This document shows, piece after piece, positions 7,807-17,884 of a stretch of 64,000 nucleotides of DNA. The translations under genes and the position numbers were made by a program. The stretch's first letter is position 1. Each line of letters begins with the position of its first letter. The notes beneath the pieces are model-generated. The model made no database searches, had not been told where the DNA came from, and saw nothing but the letters and a program-made list of their open reading frames with translations. Source of the DNA: an uncultured Gemmatimonadales bacterium (GTDB lineage Bacteria; Gemmatimonadota; Gemmatimonadetes; Gemmatimonadales; GWC2-71-9). The DNA is taken from assembly GCA_963795085.1 (NCBI GenBank), contig CAWCFX010000002.1, positions 192,001 to 256,000 on the forward strand, written 5' to 3'.

Positions 7807-9795
7807 TCAGGGCTGCGGTCCTCCGGCCGGCGCCCGTGGCCACCCGTTGTTCTCCCGCCGGACTTCGGGGAACGCCCGGTCCGGGTCGATGCGCACCGAG
7901 GTCACGCGGGTGGGACCCGGTATCGCGGCCACGTAGGTGTCGCCGTAGTACCAGATCTCGACCGGCAGCGTCACCCGGCGGCTGAATCCGTCGTCCATCA
8001 TCAGGTCCATCACCACCGGCACCGGCATCGGGCCGATCTTCCGCAGGTAGATCAGCGAGAGGGGCTGCCCGGTGCTGTCGGGCGTCCGGACCGAGTCCAC
8101 GGCGATGTCCATCGTCTCCGTCGTGTAGAAGTAACTCCGCCAGAACCAGCTCAGGTCCTCCCCTGCGCCGTCCTCGATCGTCCTGAAAAAATCCGCCGGC
8201 GTGGGGTGCCGGTACTGCCAGCGCCGGATGAACTCCTTGAACGCAGGATCGAAACGATCCGGGCCGAGGATGTAGTCCCGGAGCAGCCGAAGCCCCAGCC
8301 CGGGTTTGTTGTAGGCTACCATGCCGAGGCCGGAAGGGTCTGTCCGGTCCGCGGGGGTAGCGATGGGCTGTTCCCGGCCGCTCAGCGCGAACTGGATCTG
8401 GAGATCGGTGTTGGCCCGCCGGTTGAACCTCCCGGGATACTTCGCCTCCCAGTTGTAGTAGTTCATGAACGTGTTGAACCCCTCGTCCATCCAGGGGTAG
8501 AGTCGTTCGTTGTTCCCGACCAGCATGGGAAACCAGGTGTGCCCGAATTCGTGATCGGTGACGCTGTAGAGCGCTTCGGCCCCATCGCGGTTGCAGAAGA
8601 TGATCATGGGATATTCCATGCCGCCCTCCCGCCCGTTGATGTTGATGGCCATGGGGTAGGGGTAGGGCCACCACTGCTCCGAGTAGCGCTCGATGGCGGT
8701 CTTGCCGTACTGGGTCGCCAGGTGCCAGGTGGAGTCCGCCGAAGGCGGATACAGGCTCATCACCAGGACGTTGCCACCGTTGGCACGGGCGGCGTCCCAC
8801 ACGAAGTGAGTGGCCGCGGCCCAGGCGAAGTCGCGCACACTGTCGGCCACGAATCGCCAGGTCAGCGTCCCGGCTCGGGAGGCGGGACGGGTGGCCGGAT
8901 CCCGGACTTCGTCCTTCCCCCGAATGATCACGGTGGTGTCGCTGGCCCGGGCGGCTGCCAGCCGGGTCCGCTGGACCGGGGTCAGCACCGCTACCGGGTT
9001 CTGCAGGGTCCCGGTCGCGGCCACGATCATACTGGCCGGGACGGTGAGACTGACGTCGAACTTTCCGTACTCGAGATAGAACTCGCCATTGCCCATGTAT
9101 GGCTCGGTATTCCAGCCCCGGATATCGTCGTAGACCGCGAGCCGGGGATACCACTGGGCCACCTCGTAGATGACGTCTCCATCTACGGTGACGATCCCCA
9201 TCCGGCTGTTGATCTCTTCAAGGAAAGGGAAATACCACTCCACGTCGAACACCACCTTGCCGCCGGGCGGGAGCGGCCGGGCCAGGTCCACCCGCATCAG
9301 GGTCCCGTTGATCCGGTAGCGGAGTTCGGAGGCCCGCTGGGCCGGCCGCCCCGGGGCCGCCGCCAGCGCCGGCTGGGAGACGCCGCCAATAGTGACTCCG
9401 CCGTCGGCCCCGCCGGTGCCGAAGCGCGCGTCCGGCGGAACCACCAGGCTGCCCCGGCTGTCGGAGCGGAACAGGTTCTGGTCCAGTTGCAGCCAGAGGT
9501 ATCGGAGCGTATCGGGCGAATGGTTGCTGTAGGTGATCCGCTCCTCTCCCGTGAGGATCTTCCGGGCGGTATCGAGGGTGGCCCGAATGACGTAGTCCAC
9601 CCGCTGCTGCCAGTACTCCCGTCCCGGCGCCCCGCTCCCGGTGCGGTACCGGTTGGGGGCCGGGAGATCGAGCCGGCGGAAGGGCGAACCATCGGCCGTG
9701 GGTTCGGGCACCGGGGCGCTGGCGGTGCGCGGCTGCTGGGCCGCGAGCGGGAGAGCCAGGAAAGCCAGCAGCAGACAAGACGGGGAGGTACGCAC
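7807..9795 (-). CDS. Secreted M1 family zinc metallopeptidase
   Basis: Signal peptide, 'YWQQRVDY', GGMEYP, HEFGH...MDEG; GTG 9795 overlaps the upstream stop and follows an AGGAG. Confidence 0.9.
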   Translation of the reverse strand: MRTSPSCLLLAFLALPLAAQQPRTASAPVPEPTADGSPFRRLDLPAPNRYRTGSGAPGREYWQQRVDYVIRATLDTARKILTGEERITYSNHSPDTLRYLWLQLDQNLFRSDSRGSLVVPPDARFGTGGADGGVTIGGVSQPALAAAPGRPAQRASELRYRINGTLMRVDLARPLPPGGKVVFDVEWYFPFLEEINSRMGIVTVDGDVIYEVAQWYPRLAVYDDIRGWNTEPYMGNGEFYLEYGKFDVSLTVPASMIVAATGTLQNPVAVLTPVQRTRLAAARASDTTVIIRGKDEVRDPATRPASRAGTLTWRFVADSVRDFAWAAATHFVWDAARANGGNVLVMSLYPPSADSTWHLATQYGKTAIERYSEQWWPYPYPMAININGREGGMEYPMIIFCNRDGAEALYSVTDHEFGHTWFPMLVGNNERLYPWMDEGFNTFMNYYNWEAKYPGRFNRRANTDLQIQFALSGREQPIATPADRTDPSGLGMVAYNKPGLGLRLLRDYILGPDRFDPAFKEFIRRWQYRHPTPADFFRTIEDGAGEDLSWFWRSYFYTTETMDIAVDSVRTPDSTGQPLSLIYLRKIGPMPVPVVMDLMMDDGFSRRVTLPVEIWYYGDTYVAAIPGPTRVTSVRIDPDRAFPEVRRENNGWPRAPAGGPQP

Positions 9796-11753
9796 TACGG
9801 GGCTCCTTTCCACTCGTTGTTGGCCGGGTTCACGTCCGGCAGCATGCCATCCGCATTGACGGTGGCCGACCGGACCGGTGCCGACGTCGGCACGCTGGCG
9901 ATGTACCGGTCGCCGTTATACCAGATCTCCACCGGGAACCGGACCACCTCGGTGGATCCATCCTGCAGCACCATCGTGAGGGTCACCGGCATCACCTGCC
10001 CGCCCAGGTTGCGGAGGGTGACGCGGGCCAGGTTGCGGCCGCCCGCGGCCCGCTGGGTTACCGACTCGATCCCCTGGTCCAGTGCAGCAGTGGTAAAGAT
10101 CCATCCCCGCCAGAACCAGGACAGGTCGCGGCCGGAGACGTCCTCCATGGTTCTGATGAAATCCGCCGGGTAGGGGTGCTTGAAGGCCCAGCGGCGGATG
10201 TACTCCCGGAACGCCGCGTCGAACACGGTGGAATCGAGCACCTGGTGGCGCAGCGTGAGCAGCATCAGCGACGGCTTGATGTAGGCCAGGCTTCCGAGGT
10301 TGTTGTCGCCCCGGTACCGGTTGGCGGGCGTGATCATGGGCTGGGCGGCGGGGAGCCGGTCGTTCTGCAGGACGAACGCCAGCTCGCCCTGGCGGACCTG
10401 GGAATCATCGCGGGAGAAGTATCCCTCCTCCGCGAAGGTGTTGATGAAGGTGTTGAACCCCTCGTCCATCCAGGCGAAGCGCCGCTCATCGCTGCCCACG
10501 ATCATCGGGAACCAGTTATGTCCAATCTCGTGGGTCACGACGCTGAAGACCTCCGCCAGGCTCCCGGCATCCGATTCCATGGCGAGCATGGGGTACTCCA
10601 TGCCGGAGACCGGCCCCTCGACCGCGGAGATCTGCGGATAGGGATAGCGGAACCAGCGGGTGCTGTACTCCATGATCGAATAGCGGGACTGGCGCGCCAC
10701 GTCCGACCAGTTGGCCCGCGCCGCCGGCCGGTAGTAGGCATGGGCCAGCACCCCGTCCCAGCCGGCCGCATCCCAGAGATACTCCGGAGAGGCGGCCCAG
10801 GCCACGTCCCGGACATTGGCTGCCCGGAACTTCCAGGTGAGGGTGCCGCCGGCGCGGGGCCGTGCCGTTCCGGCGCGAAGATCCTGCTCGCGGATGATCG
10901 GCACCGCGGTATCCGATGTCCGGGCCACCGCGAGCCGGGATCGCTGGTCCGCGGTCAGGACTTCGAGCGGGTTCGCAAGCGTCCCGGTGCCGGCGACGAT
11001 GAATCCCGCGGGGAGGGTTACCTGGTAGTCAATGTCGCCGTACTCGAGGTAGAACTCGCCCTGGCCCAGGTAGGGATCGGTGCTCCAGCCCTCGACATCG
11101 TCGTACACCGCCATCCGGGGATACCACTGGGCCATTTCGTAGAGGCTGCCTTCCCGCCCCATCCGGTCAGCGCCGTGCTCGGGAATGTTGAAGTGGTAGC
11201 GAATCGCCAGCGAGGTGGCCCGCCCGGGCGCCACCGGCGTCGCGAGCGCGACCCGCATCATGGTGCCGTCCACCCAGGTGGTGACCGGCAGGCGGGCCGC
11301 CGCGGTCCGGGGCCGGTTTGCACCGCCGGTGAGCGCGGGCGTCGGTACCTGGACGATGTCTTCGATTGTGTAGCCGCCCTCGAAGCCGGCGCCGCCGAAC
11401 CGGCTGGCCGAGGCATTCAGCAGGGCGCCGGCACTCCCGGGCCGAAACAGGTTCTGGTCCAGCTGTAACCAGAGCTGCGCCAGGGTGTCCGGTGAATTGT
11501 TGGTGTAGCGGATGGTGACGGACCCGCTGAGGCGCTGGGTTGCCGTATCCAGGGTGACGGCGATCGAATAGTCGGCGCGCTGCTGCCAATACCCCGGTCC
11601 GGGAGCGCCGTTAGGCCGCCGGGCCAGGCCCGGGGCGGAAAGGGGCAGGGGACTGAAGATCCCGGTATCGGCGACCACGGACTTCGAGCTGGTCTGTTGG
11701 GCATGCACGGGGTAACCGAGCACCAGGAGCGGGAGCAGCCATAACGGGCGCAC
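9795..11753 (-). CDS. Secreted M1 family zinc metallopeptidase (tandem paralog)
   Basis: Signal peptide, 'YWQQRADY', SGMEYP, HEIGH...MDEG. Confidence 0.9.
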   Translation of the reverse strand: MRPLWLLPLLVLGYPVHAQQTSSKSVVADTGIFSPLPLSAPGLARRPNGAPGPGYWQQRADYSIAVTLDTATQRLSGSVTIRYTNNSPDTLAQLWLQLDQNLFRPGSAGALLNASASRFGGAGFEGGYTIEDIVQVPTPALTGGANRPRTAAARLPVTTWVDGTMMRVALATPVAPGRATSLAIRYHFNIPEHGADRMGREGSLYEMAQWYPRMAVYDDVEGWSTDPYLGQGEFYLEYGDIDYQVTLPAGFIVAGTGTLANPLEVLTADQRSRLAVARTSDTAVPIIREQDLRAGTARPRAGGTLTWKFRAANVRDVAWAASPEYLWDAAGWDGVLAHAYYRPAARANWSDVARQSRYSIMEYSTRWFRYPYPQISAVEGPVSGMEYPMLAMESDAGSLAEVFSVVTHEIGHNWFPMIVGSDERRFAWMDEGFNTFINTFAEEGYFSRDDSQVRQGELAFVLQNDRLPAAQPMITPANRYRGDNNLGSLAYIKPSLMLLTLRHQVLDSTVFDAAFREYIRRWAFKHPYPADFIRTMEDVSGRDLSWFWRGWIFTTAALDQGIESVTQRAAGGRNLARVTLRNLGGQVMPVTLTMVLQDGSTEVVRFPVEIWYNGDRYIASVPTSAPVRSATVNADGMLPDVNPANNEWKGAP

Positions 11754-11859
11754 GAAGAACTCCAGGCAAAGGTAGTGGCGAACCGCGAAAGGTAACCGGG
11801 AGCGGCCGGACCCCTGCTGACGGGGCCGGGAGGGTTCCGGGCTCCGGTCAGCAATAGGG

Positions 11860-11891
11860 GTCTTGACATCTAGTGTGATAACATGTAGTTT
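11860..11891 (+). promoter_or_regulatory. Sigma70 promoter of marR with overlapping putative MarR operator
   Basis: TTGACA (11863-11868), 17 bp, TAGTTT (11886-11891), 6 nt before the ATG; imperfect palindrome GTCTTGAC-N7-GTGATAAC. Confidence 0.7.
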
Positions 11892-11897
11892 CCAGCC

Positions 11898-12365
11898 ATG
11901 TCACAGGGACTCCAGGCCGAGATCAAGCAGCGGGTTCCGTTCCGGAGCGCCGGGACTGAACTGATGCTGAGCATTCTGCGCACCGCGGCGCTCCTGGAAC
12001 ACGGGTTATCCGAGGTACTCAAGCCATTCGGCCTCACGGGAACTCAGCATAACGTGCTGCGGATTCTTCGAGGAGCCGGCGCCAAGGGGCTCTGCGGCAG
12101 GGAAATAGGCGAGCGAATGATCTCCCGGGTTCCCGATGTCCCCCGCATGCTGGACCGGATGGAGGCCATGCGGCTGATCACCCGGGAGCGGGACCAGGAG
12201 GACCGCCGCCACGTCACCGCCCGTATCTCGCCGGCCGGGCTGGCCCTCCTCGAGCGAGTGGATCCCCTCCTCGAGGCGTATGAAAATGCCAGGCTGGGTG
12301 GCCTGACCGGCGCCCGGCTCAAGAGCCTGATCGACGGGTTGGCGCAGGTACGGGAGCAGCTCTGA
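11898..12365 (+). CDS. MarR family transcriptional regulator
   Basis: 'GLTGTQHNVLRIL', winged helix 'RERDQEDRRHV'. Confidence 0.92.
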   Translation: MSQGLQAEIKQRVPFRSAGTELMLSILRTAALLEHGLSEVLKPFGLTGTQHNVLRILRGAGAKGLCGREIGERMISRVPDVPRMLDRMEAMRLITRERDQEDRRHVTARISPAGLALLERVDPLLEAYENARLGGLTGARLKSLIDGLAQVREQL

Positions 12366-12384
12366 GTTTTTTGCAGGAATATAT

Positions 12385-12407
12385 GTTATCACTGTTGTTG
12401 TCATAAC
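12385..12407 (+). promoter_or_regulatory. Second putative MarR operator upstream of doxX
   Basis: GTTATCAC-N7-GTCATAAC, same half-site and spacing as the site at 11860-11882. Confidence 0.6.
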
Positions 12408-12426
12408 TTCCAAGGAGAACGTAGCC

Positions 12427-12894
12427 ATGCCGAATCGCCTGATTGCAGCCAGTACCCGGGTGGACATCGCCCTCGGGATCCTCCGGGCCGTTACCGGGGC
12501 CGTGTTCATCGCCCACGGTGCGCAGAAGCTCTTCGTATTCGGGTTCGCGGGCGTGAGCAGTGCCTTTGGCCAGATGGGGGTGCCGTTCGCCGACATCACC
12601 GGTCCGGCGGTGGCCCTGCTCGAATTTTTCGGGGGGATGGCCCTGGTCCTCGGACTGCTGGCCCGGCCGGTCGCGCTTGGTCTGGCGGCCACCATGATCG
12701 GCGCCATCGTCATGGTCCACCTGCCCAATGGGTTCTTCAACCCTGCCGGGATCGAGTTTCCTCTGGCCATGCTTGGCATGACGGTCGCTTTGGCCATTGC
12801 CGGGGCGGGAAAGTACAGCCTGGACCGCGTGGTGACCTCCCGCCGGGGCCGGTCTCCGGTGTTGCCGGTCGACGTCCTCCAGCGCGCCGCGTAA
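12427..12894 (+). CDS. DoxX family membrane protein
   Basis: 'LR...G.VFIAHGAQKL', 'EFFGG', 'GAGKYSLD'. Confidence 0.92.
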   Translation: MPNRLIAASTRVDIALGILRAVTGAVFIAHGAQKLFVFGFAGVSSAFGQMGVPFADITGPAVALLEFFGGMALVLGLLARPVALGLAATMIGAIVMVHLPNGFFNPAGIEFPLAMLGMTVALAIAGAGKYSLDRVVTSRRGRSPVLPVDVLQRAA

Positions 12895-12946
12895 TTCCCG
12901 GGCCCGGTGCCGCATGGCGCCGGGCCGCTTTCCAGGAGAGTCCAAC

Positions 12947-13507
12947 ATGTTGAAGGTCGCCGTCGTCGTCGGAAGTACCCGCCCGAATCGCCGCGGGCTC
13001 GCGGTGGCCCAGTGGGCCCTGGAGTTCGCCAGCCGGCGGTCCGACGCGGAGTTCGAGCTGGTGGATGTCGCTGACTTCCATCTCCCGCTCCTGGACGAGC
13101 CGATGCCGGCATCCCAGGGCAATTATGCCCATGCCCACACCAGGGCCTGGTCGGCCCGGATCGCGCCGTTCGACGCGTTCATCTTCGTGACGCCGGAGTA
13201 CAACCACTCGGCGCCACCGTCCCTGACCAACGCCCTGGATTTCCTGTACCAGGAATGGCACAACAAGGCGGCGGGATTTGTCAGTTACGGGAGCAGTGCT
13301 TCGGGAGCCCGGGCGGTAGAGCACCTGCGGGGAATCATGGCGGAGCTGCAGATCGCGGACGTGCGGGGCCAGGTGGCGCTCTCGCTGTTTACCGACTGGG
13401 AGAAGTTCCAGGCCTTCACACCCGGGAGCCACCACGAGAAGGGCTTCACCGCGATGCTGGACCAGCTGGTGGCGTGGGGCGGGGCGATGAAGAAACTGAG
13501 GAATTGA
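12947..13507 (+). CDS. NAD(P)H-dependent FMN reductase
   Basis: 'VGSTRP.R', 'TPEYNHS...L.NALD', 'VSYG'; AGGAG RBS before ATG 12947. Confidence 0.92.
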   Translation: MLKVAVVVGSTRPNRRGLAVAQWALEFASRRSDAEFELVDVADFHLPLLDEPMPASQGNYAHAHTRAWSARIAPFDAFIFVTPEYNHSAPPSLTNALDFLYQEWHNKAAGFVSYGSSASGARAVEHLRGIMAELQIADVRGQVALSLFTDWEKFQAFTPGSHHEKGFTAMLDQLVAWGGAMKKLRN

Positions 13508-13672
13508 GGGAATGTTGGAATTGAGGGAATGTTGGAAATGAGGGAATGTTGGAATTGAGGGAATGTTGGAATTGAATCGTCAATTTCCCCATTCCTTCAA
13601 TTTCCACATTCCCTCAATTCCCCCATTCCCTCAATTCCCCCATTCCCTCAATTCCCCCATTCCCTCAATTTC
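13495..13672. repeat. Inverted pair of 17-bp tandem arrays between convergent genes
   Basis: About 4 copies of GAATTGAGGGAATGTTG followed by about 5 copies of TCAATTCCCCCATTCCC (near reverse complement); no spacers. Confidence 0.9.
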
Positions 13673-14231
13673 ACAGTCTGGGTCCCGTCACACCGGTCTG
13701 TTTCTGGTACTTCCCCTTCTTGTCCGCGTAACTCCTTTCGCACACGTCGTCCGCATCCGCTTCAAAGAACAGCACCTGGCAGATCCCCTCGTTGGCGTAG
13801 ATCTTCGCCGGCAGGGGGGTCGTGTTGCTGATCTCCAGGGTCACGAATCCTTCCCACTCGGGCTCGAAGGGAGTGACGTTGGTGATAATGCCGCAGCGGG
13901 CATAGGTGGATTTGCCCAGGCAGATGGTCAGGACGTTCCGGGGAATCCGGAAATATTCGATCGACCGGGCCAGGGCGAAGCTATTGGGCGGAACGATGCA
14001 CACGTCTCCCTGGAACTCGACGAAGCTCTTTTCGTCGAAGTGCTTGGGGTCCACCATGGCGGACAGGACGTTGGTGAAGATCTTGAACTCCGGCGCCACC
14101 CGCATGTCGTAGCCATAGGAGGATACCCCATAGGAGATGGCTCCCTGGCGAACCTGGCCGTCCACGAAGGGCTCGATCATGGCATGTTCGGTGGCCATGC
14201 GGCGGATCCAGCGGTCGGATTTGATGGACAT
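13671..14231 (-). CDS. dcd: dCTP deaminase
   Basis: '[11 protein letters not shown]', 'GKSTYARCG', 'PFEPEWEG', 'YANEGICQ'. Confidence 0.97.
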   Translation of the reverse strand: MSIKSDRWIRRMATEHAMIEPFVDGQVRQGAISYGVSSYGYDMRVAPEFKIFTNVLSAMVDPKHFDEKSFVEFQGDVCIVPPNSFALARSIEYFRIPRNVLTICLGKSTYARCGIITNVTPFEPEWEGFVTLEISNTTPLPAKIYANEGICQVLFFEADADDVCERSYADKKGKYQKQTGVTGPRL

Positions 14232-14411
14232 AGTCCTGTGCGAAGAAGGGGAGGCCGAGGGCGCGGAATATAATACCGGCCGTCCGCTTCCCGGCCGGTC
14301 CGGCCGTCCGGTTGCCCGCGGGTCGGGCCACAGACCGGGTTGATATCCCGTTTGTGGGGGTTACTTTAAATGTGAAATTTTTCACGTGCGGTCTTCCCCG
14401 GAACCTGGCCG

Positions 14412-14777
14412 ATGCTTCGCGCTTACGCCCCCATCCTGTTGGTGATCGCCTTCGTGGTGGCCAATGCCATCATGATGATCGCGCTCTCAACGGTCCTGTC
14501 GAGCTACCGGCCCACCCCCGTCAAGCAGGCCCCCTATGAGTCCGGCATGCCGGTCCTGGGGGACGCCCGGGAGCGGTTTTCGGTCAAGTTCTACATGATC
14601 GCGATGCTGTTCATCATATTCGACATCGAAACCGTGTTCATGATCCCCTGGGCCGCCGCCTTTCAGCAGCTGACCGCCATGCGGGGCCTCCTCCTGGTCG
14701 AGATGCTGGTCTTCGTCCTGATCCTGGTGGTGGGCTACGTGTACATATGGAAGAGAGGAGCGCTCGAATGGGAGTAA
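14412..14777 (+). CDS. nuoA: NADH-quinone oxidoreductase subunit A
   Basis: 'PYESG', 'FIIFDIE', 'GALEWE'. Confidence 0.97.
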   Translation: MLRAYAPILLVIAFVVANAIMMIALSTVLSSYRPTPVKQAPYESGMPVLGDARERFSVKFYMIAMLFIIFDIETVFMIPWAAAFQQLTAMRGLLLVEMLVFVLILVVGYVYIWKRGALEWE

Positions 14778-15415
14778 CCCCCCCATCGGGACTGATAAAC
14801 CCGGCCACCGAAACCGGGGAAGCCGAGGGCGTCGAAATCGCCGGGGTGTCGCCCAACTGGGTCACCACCAAGCTCGACTTCCTGGCCAACTGGTCCCGGG
14901 CCAATTCCCTCTGGCCTATGCCCTTCGGCACCGCCTGCTGCGCCATCGAGTTCATGGCGACGGCGGCCAGCCGGTTCGACATCGCCCGGTTCGGCATGGA
15001 GCGCATGGCCTTCTCCCCCCGGCAGTCCGACGTGCTGATCTGCGCCGGCCGCCTCCCGTTCAAGCTGGCCCCGGTGATCCGGCGCATCTGGGACCAGATG
15101 ATGCAGCCCAAGTGGTCCATCTCGATGGGCGCCTGCGCCTCGTCCGGGGGCATCTTCGACAACTACGCGATGGTGCAGGGCATCGACACGATCATCCCGG
15201 TGGACGTCTATGTCCCGGGCTGCCCGCCCCGGCCGGAGGGCCTCATCTACGGCATCACGCTGCTGCAGAAGAAGATCATGGGCGAGACCTTCACGGACGA
15301 GTCGGTCCGCCGGGAGCAGCTGGTGTCCGACTCGGGGCTGTTTCTGCCGGCCCAGCGGGTGGATGAACTGTCGGAGCCGTTCGGCAACTCCGTCCACCAG
15401 ACGCGATCCTCATGA
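14768..15415 (+). CDS. nuoB: NADH-quinone oxidoreductase subunit B
   Basis: 'GTACCAIE', 'GACASSGG', 'PGCPPRPE'. Confidence 0.97.
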   Translation: MGVTPPSGLINPATETGEAEGVEIAGVSPNWVTTKLDFLANWSRANSLWPMPFGTACCAIEFMATAASRFDIARFGMERMAFSPRQSDVLICAGRLPFKLAPVIRRIWDQMMQPKWSISMGACASSGGIFDNYAMVQGIDTIIPVDVYVPGCPPRPEGLIYGITLLQKKIMGETFTDESVRREQLVSDSGLFLPAQRVDELSEPFGNSVHQTRSS

Positions 15416-16065
15416 TCGACGCGACCGCCCCCTCGCCGCCGGGCACCGCGTCCGCGACCTCCCCTTCCGCCGGGGCGTTGCGGGACCGGTTCGGGCCGGC
15501 CATCACCCGGGTGGCGACCAGCTGCGGGGACACCATCGTGTACCTGGAGCGGGACCGGTCCCACGAGATCCTGGCCTGGCTCCGGGACGACCCGGGCCAG
15601 TCTTTCAACTACCTGACCGATGTGACGGCGGTCGAGTATCGCGATACCGAACTCCCGCTCGAGGTCGTCTACCAGCTGCGGTCGCTGGGGCGCCGGGCCG
15701 ATCTCCGGGTCAAGATCGCGCTCGACAAGACCCAGCCTCTCGTGGTGCGCTCGGTGGTGGACCTCTGGAAAGGCGCCGACTGGCTGGAGCGGGAGGTGTA
15801 CGACATGTTCGGCATCAGCTTCAGCGGGCACCCCGATCTGCGCCGCATTCTCATGTGGGAGACTTACAGCGAGGGGCATCCGCTCCGGAAGGATTTCCCG
15901 CTGCGGGGCCATTTCAGCCGCGCCGAACAGACCCGGCAGGCGCTCGACGCCAACCCGGAGGCCAACTACTCCATGGAGGAGCTGTCCATCGCCCAGGCCT
16001 ACACCGAGCTGCCCAGGGACATGCAGGAGCGGCTGGACCGGGGTGAGCGAGGCAAGGTCGGATGA
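15412..16065 (+). CDS. nuoC: NADH-quinone oxidoreductase subunit C
   Basis: '[20 protein letters not shown]', 'GHPLRKDFP'. Confidence 0.97.
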   Translation: MIDATAPSPPGTASATSPSAGALRDRFGPAITRVATSCGDTIVYLERDRSHEILAWLRDDPGQSFNYLTDVTAVEYRDTELPLEVVYQLRSLGRRADLRVKIALDKTQPLVVRSVVDLWKGADWLEREVYDMFGISFSGHPDLRRILMWETYSEGHPLRKDFPLRGHFSRAEQTRQALDANPEANYSMEELSIAQAYTELPRDMQERLDRGERGKVG

Positions 16066-17342
16066 GCACCCGCACGGTCGAGTTCGAACTGAGCACGCCG
16101 GGCCTCGACGCCCGTGGCCAGGTTGTGCCGCTGCCCCTGGGCGTCCCCGGCGGCGATGCCCCGGCGGATCACCTGGGCGGGGAGCACATGCTGGTGAACC
16201 TGGGACCCCAGCACCCGGCCACCCATGGCGTGCTGCGACTGGTGGTGGAGCTGGAAGGCGAAGTGGTGCGCCGGGTGATTCCCCACGTGGGCTACCTCCA
16301 CTCCGGCTTCGAGAAACTGGGCGAATACCGCCACTACAACCAGATCATCCCGCTCACGGACCGGACCGACTACCTGGCGCCGATGGCCAACAACGTCTGC
16401 CTGGCGCTGGCGGCCGAGAAGCTGATGGGCATCGAGATCACCGAACGGTGCACCGTGCTCCGGGTGATCGCCTGCGAGATGAGCCGGATCATCAGTCACC
16501 TGGTCTGGCTGGGGACCACGGGGATCGACCTGGGTGCGTTCACGCCCTTTCTCTGGTCCTTCCAGGAGCGGGAGCGGATCTACAATTTGCAGGAGTCCTG
16601 GACCGGCGCCCGGCTGACCACCAGTCTTACCCGGGTCGGCGGCATGATGGCGGATGTTCCCGAGGGCTGGGAGAACGGCCTCCGGGAATTCTGCCGCACC
16701 TTTCCGACGACCCTGCGCGAGGTGGACACCATGTTCACCCGCAACGCCATCTGGATCGGGCGGACCCAGGGGGTCGGGGCGATGAACGCCGAGGACGCCA
16801 TCAACCACTCGCTTTCCGGCCCGATGCTCCGGGCCAGCGGCGTGGATTATGACGTCAGGAAAGATCGCCCCTACCTGGGGTACGAGACCTACGATTTCGA
16901 CGTGCCGATCGGCGAGCATGGCGATGTCTATGATCGCTACCGGGTGCGGCTGGAGGAGATGTTCCAGTCGGTGCGCATCCTGGAACAGGCGCTCGACCGG
17001 CTGCAGCCGGGACCGATCAACGTCGCCGACCCCCGCCTGGTCCTGCCGCCCAAGTCGCGCGCGATGAGCGACATGGAAGCGATGATCTATCACTTCAAGC
17101 AGGTGATGGAGGGGGTGAAGGCCCCGATCGGCGAGGCCTATATGGGCATCGAGAATCCCAAGGGCGAGCTGGGCTATTACTTCGTCTCCGACGGCACCGC
17201 CAAGCCGGTGCGCTGGCGGATCCGGCCCCCGGCCTTCATCAACCTGGCCTGCCTGCCCCGGCTGTGCGAAGGCGCCCTCCTGGCCGACGTCATCGCCATC
17301 AACGCGAGCATCGACATCGTGATGGGAGAGGTGGACCGATGA
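16062..17342 (+). CDS. nuoD: NADH-quinone oxidoreductase subunit D
   Basis: 'GPQHPATHGVLRL', C-terminal 'DIVMGEVDR'. Confidence 0.97.
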   Translation: MSTRTVEFELSTPGLDARGQVVPLPLGVPGGDAPADHLGGEHMLVNLGPQHPATHGVLRLVVELEGEVVRRVIPHVGYLHSGFEKLGEYRHYNQIIPLTDRTDYLAPMANNVCLALAAEKLMGIEITERCTVLRVIACEMSRIISHLVWLGTTGIDLGAFTPFLWSFQERERIYNLQESWTGARLTTSLTRVGGMMADVPEGWENGLREFCRTFPTTLREVDTMFTRNAIWIGRTQGVGAMNAEDAINHSLSGPMLRASGVDYDVRKDRPYLGYETYDFDVPIGEHGDVYDRYRVRLEEMFQSVRILEQALDRLQPGPINVADPRLVLPPKSRAMSDMEAMIYHFKQVMEGVKAPIGEAYMGIENPKGELGYYFVSDGTAKPVRWRIRPPAFINLACLPRLCEGALLADVIAINASIDIVMGEVDR

Positions 17343-17884
17343 GCGACCTGGTTTCCATCAACGGCGCCCCGCGGGAACCGTCACTGACGACCCATCCCGC
17401 CGAGCACTATGAGCCGGTGTTCGTGGGGGAAGCCCGGGCAAAGCTGGAGGCGATGTTCGCCAGCTATCCCACTCGGCAGGCCCTGCTGCTCCCGGCGCTG
17501 TGGATGATCCAGGAGGCCCGCGGCTGGATTCCGGAGCAGGCCATCGCCGAGGTGGCCGACGTGCTCGGCCTGACGCCGGCGCAGGTAAAGGGCGTGGTGA
17601 CCTTCTACACGATGTACCATACCCACCCGGTGGGCCGGCATTTCGTCCAGGTCTGCACCACCAGCCCCTGCAACCTGTGCGGCGCGGAAGACGTGGTCAA
17701 AGCCATTCTCCGGGAGACCGGGTGCGGGGAACTGGGCCGCACCAGCCCGGACGGCCGTTTTACCGTGATCGAAGTCGAGTGCCTCGGCGCCTGCGGGTTC
17801 GCGACCCCGGTGCTGGTCAATGACGACTTCCTGGAGAACGTCACGCCGGAGCGGGTCCCCGGCATCCTGCAGAGGTACCAGTAA
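17339..17884 (+). CDS. nuoE: NADH-quinone oxidoreductase subunit E
   Basis: 'CTTSPC...CLGAC' 2Fe-2S motif; ATG overlaps the nuoD stop. Confidence 0.95.
   Translation: MSDLVSINGAPREPSLTTHPAEHYEPVFVGEARAKLEAMFASYPTRQALLLPALWMIQEARGWIPEQAIAEVADVLGLTPAQVKGVVTFYTMYHTHPVGRHFVQVCTTSPCNLCGAEDVVKAILRETGCGELGRTSPDGRFTVIEVECLGACGFATPVLVNDDFLENVTPERVPGILQRYQ

Noticed and set aside
7504..10173. 889-aa plus-strand ORF and similar long ORFs antisense to nuo, fab, SPFH and TonB genes
   Set aside because: Shadow ORFs expected in high-GC DNA; no recognisable motifs, and the opposite strand has clear genes.
13495..13672. Possible CRISPR array
   Set aside because: Units are directly adjacent with no unique spacers, are 17 bp long, switch orientation midway, and no cas genes are present.
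13563..14273. 236-aa plus-strand ORF
   Set aside because: Starts inside the repeat and is antisense to dcd.
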